DNA from: a virus
Taxonomy: Duplodnaviria; Caudoviricetes
Strand: one strand, 5' to 3'
DNA length: 64,000 bases
IMG/VR virus record: IMGVR_UViG_2923098224_000002
Location: 1 to 64,000 of that record
Each line of letters starts with the position of its first letter. The stretch's first letter is position 1. Positions 59,356-64,000 of the stretch are shown here, one piece after another. The notes beneath the pieces were generated by a model, which ran no database searches, was not told the DNA's origin, and saw only the letters and a list, made by a program, of their open reading frames with translations. A program made the position numbers and the translations under genes.

Positions 59356-60633
59356 ATGTATAAAACGGGCAGCGTGCCGATCAACATTAATACAAATCCA
59401 ATCAATGGCCGGAGTACAAATATACAATTTATGACGCAAGACACGGGCAGCGCAAAGCTGTTTTTTTCTTTTACAAAGGATGGTGTACCGTTGCCTCTGT
59501 CAGCCGTAGATGCAAAAATTGTCCTACTGTATGATGATGGATCGTTTTATAAAAAGAGCCTCACCATCACTGACAAGGTAAACGGCACAGCGGAATATGT
59601 GTTGTCCAATGCAGAACTCAAGCATTACGGAACGGTTAAGGCGGAAATCAAACTATATTACACGAACGGCCAAGCGCTGGCGACTTCATTTTTTACTTTC
59701 TCTATCGCCAAAACGTTAGAGGATCAGAACATCGTTCCGACAGCTGACTATTACATTGATGATTTTGAAACGCTGAGAGATGGGATAAACCACATTGTCG
59801 AAGAAATCAGTCAGACTGTCGAGGAATTACAGAAGAAATTTGCCGATCTGGAAGCTATTGAAACGAAAGAGGGCGCGCAGCAGAAGGCGGATGATGCAGA
59901 GGAAAAGGCCAGAGCTTATACGGATGAACATGCGAATGACGAAGAAAAGCACATTACAGCTGCCGAAAGAAAGGCGTGGAATGCCAAGGAAACTCCCTCC
60001 GGCGCGCAAAAGAAAGTAGACGCCCATGCGAACGATCAAGAAAAGCATGTTTCTTCAGCAGATCGGAAGGCTTGGGACAGTAAAGAAACAGAAAGCGGGG
60101 CGCAAGAGAAGGTAAATACTCACGCCAATAATACGGACATTCATGTTACCAAACCTTTCAAAGATACATTAGAAGAATTATCAAAGCTGTTCACAGCGGG
60201 TTTTAAAGATGAACTGGAAGAATTATTACGTCAGTTCACGGCCCATAATTACAACCAAGAACGACATATTTCTAAAGCTGAACGGAAGACATGGAACGGA
60301 GCTGCCACCTATGCCAACATCATGCTGAAGAATGGAGCCGCCGCAGGGACGCGGACACCGATGTACGCAAAGTGGGGGGCGTTTTTAATCTTACGGGGGC
60401 ATGTGAAAACAGACGCCGAAATTATATTCGGCTCCATCCCCGCGGAATACGCACCTGCTGGCGGTTCCGTTATAACAGTGCCGTTAAGTGGTACAGGCGG
60501 CACAGCCGATTTGATCATTTATGATAATGGGGATTTAAAAATAAAATACCCGGACCCGGCGGACTCAAGTAAGATGGGCGGAGGCTACTATCTGGATGTG
60601 GTCGTCGGCTTTCAGGAAGGAGGGACAGCATGA
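59356..60633 (+). CDS. BppU-family baseplate upper / fibre protein
   Basis: FMTQDTGSAKL N-terminus; repeated KETxxGAQxK / HANDxxxH units. Confidence 0.8.
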   Translation: MYKTGSVPININTNPINGRSTNIQFMTQDTGSAKLFFSFTKDGVPLPLSAVDAKIVLLYDDGSFYKKSLTITDKVNGTAEYVLSNAELKHYGTVKAEIKLYYTNGQALATSFFTFSIAKTLEDQNIVPTADYYIDDFETLRDGINHIVEEISQTVEELQKKFADLEAIETKEGAQQKADDAEEKARAYTDEHANDEEKHITAAERKAWNAKETPSGAQKKVDAHANDQEKHVSSADRKAWDSKETESGAQEKVNTHANNTDIHVTKPFKDTLEELSKLFTAGFKDELEELLRQFTAHNYNQERHISKAERKTWNGAATYANIMLKNGAAAGTRTPMYAKWGAFLILRGHVKTDAEIIFGSIPAEYAPAGGSVITVPLSGTGGTADLIIYDNGDLKIKYPDPADSSKMGGGYYLDVVVGFQEGGTA

Positions 60634-60992
60634 TTCAGGTTTATGAATACGATGAAAATTTCATTTTGACTAAACCCGTTCCGGTTGAGCCTGATGAAGA
60701 AGGGAACTACACAATCCCTGAGAATTGTACAACCGTCCAGCCTCCGTCTTTCATAAAGGCGATGTATCATCCCGCTGAGAAGACATGGACGGAGGCGGCC
60801 ACCCAGGAAGAAAAAAAAGCCCTGGAAAAGCAAATTGAAAGCGGGCGGGTGCCTTTTACCGTTGATGAATTGAAAGCTCAGAACGCGGCCATTACAGAAC
60901 AACTTGCGGAAGCGCAAAGCCTTGCCGAGTCACAAGCGCAAATGATTGCCAATCTTTATCTAATGCTGGCGGAGGGGGGGAAAGGGGTATGA
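60630..60992 (+). CDS. Tail fibre assembly-type protein
   Basis: YEYDENF...IPENCTTVQPP. Confidence 0.6.
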   Translation: MIQVYEYDENFILTKPVPVEPDEEGNYTIPENCTTVQPPSFIKAMYHPAEKTWTEAATQEEKKALEKQIESGRVPFTVDELKAQNAAITEQLAEAQSLAESQAQMIANLYLMLAEGGKGV

Positions 60993-61177
60993 TGGATTGG
61001 TTTACAAGCGTAAAAACCATCTACGGATGGGGGCCGCAGTATTACAGTAATGCAGACGTGGCCCGTTTTGTTGAGTGGGGAAGAATTACAGAAGATGAAT
61101 ACAAACAAATAACCGGCTTAACCTATCCGATGACAAAACAGCCTGTCAGTGTGGATTTAGGCGGCGCCGCAAACTGA
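60989..61177 (+). CDS. XkdX-family protein
   Basis: DVARFVEWGRITEDEYKQITG. Confidence 0.8.
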   Translation: MMDWFTSVKTIYGWGPQYYSNADVARFVEWGRITEDEYKQITGLTYPMTKQPVSVDLGGAAN

Positions 61178-61228
61178 TCAACACCCGGAGAGGTGTTTTT
61201 TATTTTGCCTCGAAGGAGGTGATAACAA

Positions 61229-61651
61229 TTGGAGGGAATATACGTGTGGATGAATTTTGAGAGCTTACAGATCGCAAGAGCATATCTTTTTGGGGAGGTG
61301 AAATATCTTGATTTAATGCTGGTGCTGAACATCATTGACATCATTACCGGTGTGATAAAGGCATGGAAATTCAAGGAGCTTCGGAGCCGTAGCGCATGGT
61401 TCGGCTATGTGCGTAAGATGCTCAGTTTCCTTGTGGTTATTGTGGCGAATGCTATTGATACGATTATGGATCTGAACGGCGTCCTGACCTTTGCGACCGT
61501 TCTTTTTTATATTGCAAATGAAGGCCTTTCCATCACAGAGAATTTAGCGCAGATCGGCGTTAAAATTCCGGCCGTCATCACTGACCGGCTTCACGTAATT
61601 GAAAGCGACAACGATCAAAAAACAGAAAAAGACGATCAGGCCGCAGGTTAA
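61229..61651 (+). CDS. Holin (phage holin 4 family)
   Basis: DIITG...S...G..RK, NEGLSITEN...GVKIP. Confidence 0.85.
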   Translation: MEGIYVWMNFESLQIARAYLFGEVKYLDLMLVLNIIDIITGVIKAWKFKELRSRSAWFGYVRKMLSFLVVIVANAIDTIMDLNGVLTFATVLFYIANEGLSITENLAQIGVKIPAVITDRLHVIESDNDQKTEKDDQAAG

Positions 61652-61698
61652 TCCGGCGGCTTTTTTATATTTCAAAACAGAATAGGAGACGATGAAAC

Positions 61699-62601
61699 AT
61701 GGTGAAAATCACTAAAGACTTTATTCCAGTGGGGCACAATAACAGACCGGGATATGCAATGGACCCGGCATACATCACCGTTCACAACACGGCGAACACG
61801 GCAAAAGGGGCAAGCGCAGCCATGCACGCCCGTTATGAGAAAAATCCAGAAACACCCACCAGCTGGCACTTTACAGTAGACGAGAAAGAGATATATCAGC
61901 ATCTGCCATTGAATGAAAACGGATGGCACGCGGGAGACGGAAACCGCGGAACCGGGAACAGGAAATCTATCGGCATTGAAATCTGCGAGAATAGCGATGG
62001 AGATTTTGAGAAAGCCGTGGCGAATGCTCAATGGTTGATCAAAAAGCTCATGAAGGAGCAGGGGATTTCACTTGCAAACGTGGTACCTCATAAACATTGG
62101 TCAGGGAAACAATGCCCGCGCAAGCTGCTCGATCGATGGGACTCTTTTAAAGCTGGCATCAGCGGGGCATCGTCGTCTTCGCCAGAAACAAAGCCCGGGG
62201 CGACCTACACCGTTAAGAAAGGTGATACTTTATCCGAAATTGCACAGGGGACAGGCGTAAGTATGGCAAACCTCCAGAAATGGAATAACATCAAAGACCC
62301 GAATAAAATTAAAGTGGGCCAAGTGCTGAAGCTCACGGGGGCATCCAGCTCTTCTAAGCCGTCATCCAGCGGTAAGAAATACGTTTACCTTCCGGCTTCT
62401 GCCGACTCATGGCGCATCTATTCGACTAACAAAGCGCCGGTTAAAGGGAATGAATGTGGATTCCTCCGTCCGAAGAAGTTCGGCGGCCTGAAGTACGAGG
62501 TTCTCGGAAATCCGCAGACCGACGTGTACACGATTAAGACGGATCAGTTCGGCAAGGTAAACGTTTATGCTGCGAAGTCCACAGGCGCAACAGTAAAGTA
62601 A
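61699..62601 (+). CDS. N-acetylmuramoyl-L-alanine amidase endolysin with LysM (XlyA/XlyB-like)
   Basis: ITVHNT, SWHFTVD, WHAGDG, IGIEICE, CP; LysM YTVKKGDTLSEIA. Confidence 0.93.
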   Translation: MVKITKDFIPVGHNNRPGYAMDPAYITVHNTANTAKGASAAMHARYEKNPETPTSWHFTVDEKEIYQHLPLNENGWHAGDGNRGTGNRKSIGIEICENSDGDFEKAVANAQWLIKKLMKEQGISLANVVPHKHWSGKQCPRKLLDRWDSFKAGISGASSSSPETKPGATYTVKKGDTLSEIAQGTGVSMANLQKWNNIKDPNKIKVGQVLKLTGASSSSKPSSSGKKYVYLPASADSWRIYSTNKAPVKGNECGFLRPKKFGGLKYEVLGNPQTDVYTIKTDQFGKVNVYAAKSTGATVK

Positions 62602-62621
62602 ACGAAAAGGGAGACGATATT

Positions 62622-62879
62622 ATGGAAGAAGTATTAATTTTCGCGACTATCCTCGCGCCCATCTTAACGGCGCTCGTTCAACTCGTTAAGAAGACGATTA
62701 AGCTGCCGACGAATATTGTGCCGGCTCTCAGTTTCGTCATCGGTATCGGGTTGGGCGCGATTGCCTATCCGTTTACTGACCTCGACTTGGTGCTGCGTTT
62801 GTGGGCCGGCGGCTTTGCGGGTCTGGCAGCGACAGGTCTTTTCGAAATCGGAACAAAACGCGAGGGAACTACGAAATAA
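62622..62879 (+). CDS. Second holin-like membrane protein
   Basis: Three hydrophobic segments; GLAATGLFE motif. Confidence 0.75.
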   Translation: MEEVLIFATILAPILTALVQLVKKTIKLPTNIVPALSFVIGIGLGAIAYPFTDLDLVLRLWAGGFAGLAATGLFEIGTKREGTTK

Positions 62880-62971
62880 AATAACGGAACTTTTTGCGGG
62901 CGCTTGCGTATGAATATGTAGGTGTCCGTTTACATAACTGAAAAATAAGTTATCATTAGAAGAAAAAGGTC

Positions 62972-63532
62972 GTGATCGTATTGAAGAGGGTTGGGCTACT
63001 TTTTTCTGCGTTAATAGCTGCGTTTTTAATCGGTGGGTGTTCATCTGATTCGCAGCCTCATAACAAAGACAGTACGGCAAAAGCTGAGGAAGTGAGCACA
63101 AATGAAAATCTAGGTGAAGATAGTGCTATTTGGGCTTATTCAGCAGAAATGAATGATAAGGCAAATTACGATGGGCTAGATATTAAAATCGATCGGATTT
63201 TGATATCGCCATCAAGCGCCCACATTGCGATAAAAGGATCGATAGAAAACATCGGGCATTCTTCCTTTGAAGCGTATCCGGCAGCGGAAACAATCAAGCT
63301 TAACACCGGAGAGGAATTAGGTCCGGAAGAAGTGATAAAAGTAGTTGATGACGGCACGAATAAATTAAAGAAGAAGGGCGATCGTCTCGATTTCTTCTAC
63401 GCTTGGCCTATGTCCAATACAACTCCGAACGAAGTGACAAGCATAAACCTATCTTGGAATATCTACAAAACGCTTGGAGATGACGCCGTAAACTCAGCTA
63501 CCTTCACGCGAAATTACACACTAAAACAATAA
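62972..63532 (+). CDS. Lipoprotein (moron)
   Basis: Lipobox LIGGC after a hydrophobic signal. Confidence 0.75.
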   Translation: MIVLKRVGLLFSALIAAFLIGGCSSDSQPHNKDSTAKAEEVSTNENLGEDSAIWAYSAEMNDKANYDGLDIKIDRILISPSSAHIAIKGSIENIGHSSFEAYPAAETIKLNTGEELGPEEVIKVVDDGTNKLKKKGDRLDFFYAWPMSNTTPNEVTSINLSWNIYKTLGDDAVNSATFTRNYTLKQ

Positions 63533-63547
63533 CGATAAGCCCCGTCC

Positions 63548-63892
63548 TTAACCGGATGGGGCGTTTTTTACGTTTATGATATCCGCAAACCTCACGAAAT
63601 TAGTATCGCCCTTGGCGTCCTTCACACGAAATTCCTTCCGTATGTGATCCACGTAATGAACTGCACCGATTACTTCGCGTATGTATCCGTCGTCATAAAG
63701 CTCGAACGACAAATCTGCGCCTACTTCCATCGATTGCGCGACCGTCACTTCCATATCCTCGATCTGCTGCGCGTCCAGTTGCGGCTTCTCTACTTTAAGC
63801 TTGGCCTCAGCCAATCGCTGAAACCCTTCGCGTAATTCCGGCAAGATAAAACTCGAAGCCCACAGTTTGTTATCGCTAGTCATGCCGAACAC
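63548..63892 (-). CDS. YolD-like protein
   Basis: WASSFILPE...KPQLD...FADII. Confidence 0.8.
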   Translation of the reverse strand: MFGMTSDNKLWASSFILPELREGFQRLAEAKLKVEKPQLDAQQIEDMEVTVAQSMEVGADLSFELYDDGYIREVIGAVHYVDHIRKEFRVKDAKGDTNFVRFADIINVKNAPSG

Positions 63893-63910
63893 CTCCGGCT
63901 TTATTATATG

Positions 63911-63924
63911 CGAATATGTGTTCG
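63911..63924. promoter_or_regulatory. LexA/DinR SOS box upstream of the yolD-like gene
   Basis: CGAATATGTGTTCG versus consensus CGAACRNRYGTTYG. Confidence 0.7.
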
Positions 63925-64000
63925 GATATCAATCGGAAATATCAGCCATAACGAGGAGCTATTGTTGTTCGTCTTTTTTAAAAGCGCTTCGCAATTTCTC

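Larger units (their letters stand above)
1..63924. mobile_element. Temperate Bacillus siphovirus prophage (near complete; att sites not identified)
   Basis: Ordered integrase, replication, nucleotide-metabolism, terminase/portal/capsid, tail with tape measure, holin/endolysin and YolD modules; Bacillus-type GGAGG RBSs. Confidence 0.95.

Noticed and set aside
63925-64000. attL/attR core repeats
   Set aside because: The window starts at the integrase ATG, so the left flank is not visible and no matching repeat can be shown.

Overview
Almost the whole window is one temperate Bacillus (subtilis/amyloliquefaciens-group-like) siphovirus prophage, read from its integrase (1) to a YolD-like gene (63.9 kb). 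It contains a replication module (HTH initiator with iteron-like repeats, DnaC-like loader, DnaB-like helicase, TOPRIM primase, SSB, PolA, RuvC-like resolvase) and a nucleotide-metabolism module (nrdI-nrdE-nrdF, dut, thyX, dNMP kinase). It also has an orphan adenine methyltransferase, its own arbitrium-type aimR-aimP pair followed by a sigma-like gene, an accessory minus-strand block (ATP-dependent ligase, DUF2786, YonT-like toxin), and complete packaging, head, tail and lysis modules. The most striking element is below the ORF-track cutoff: a 27-aa mini-gene at 32960-33043 with a candidate promoter, a strong RBS and a terminator. It encodes M-GMPRGA-NPLE-SAIRGA-GPAE-SASRGA, a tandem array of arbitrium peptides of OTHER phages (SPbeta GMPRGA, phi3T SAIRGA, and SASRGA), with no signal peptide and without this phage's own predicted peptide (DIRVGA). 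This suggests a system that mimics or jams the lysis-lysogeny signal of competing SPbeta-like phages. Family assignments come from motif recognition by eye; no database searches were run.
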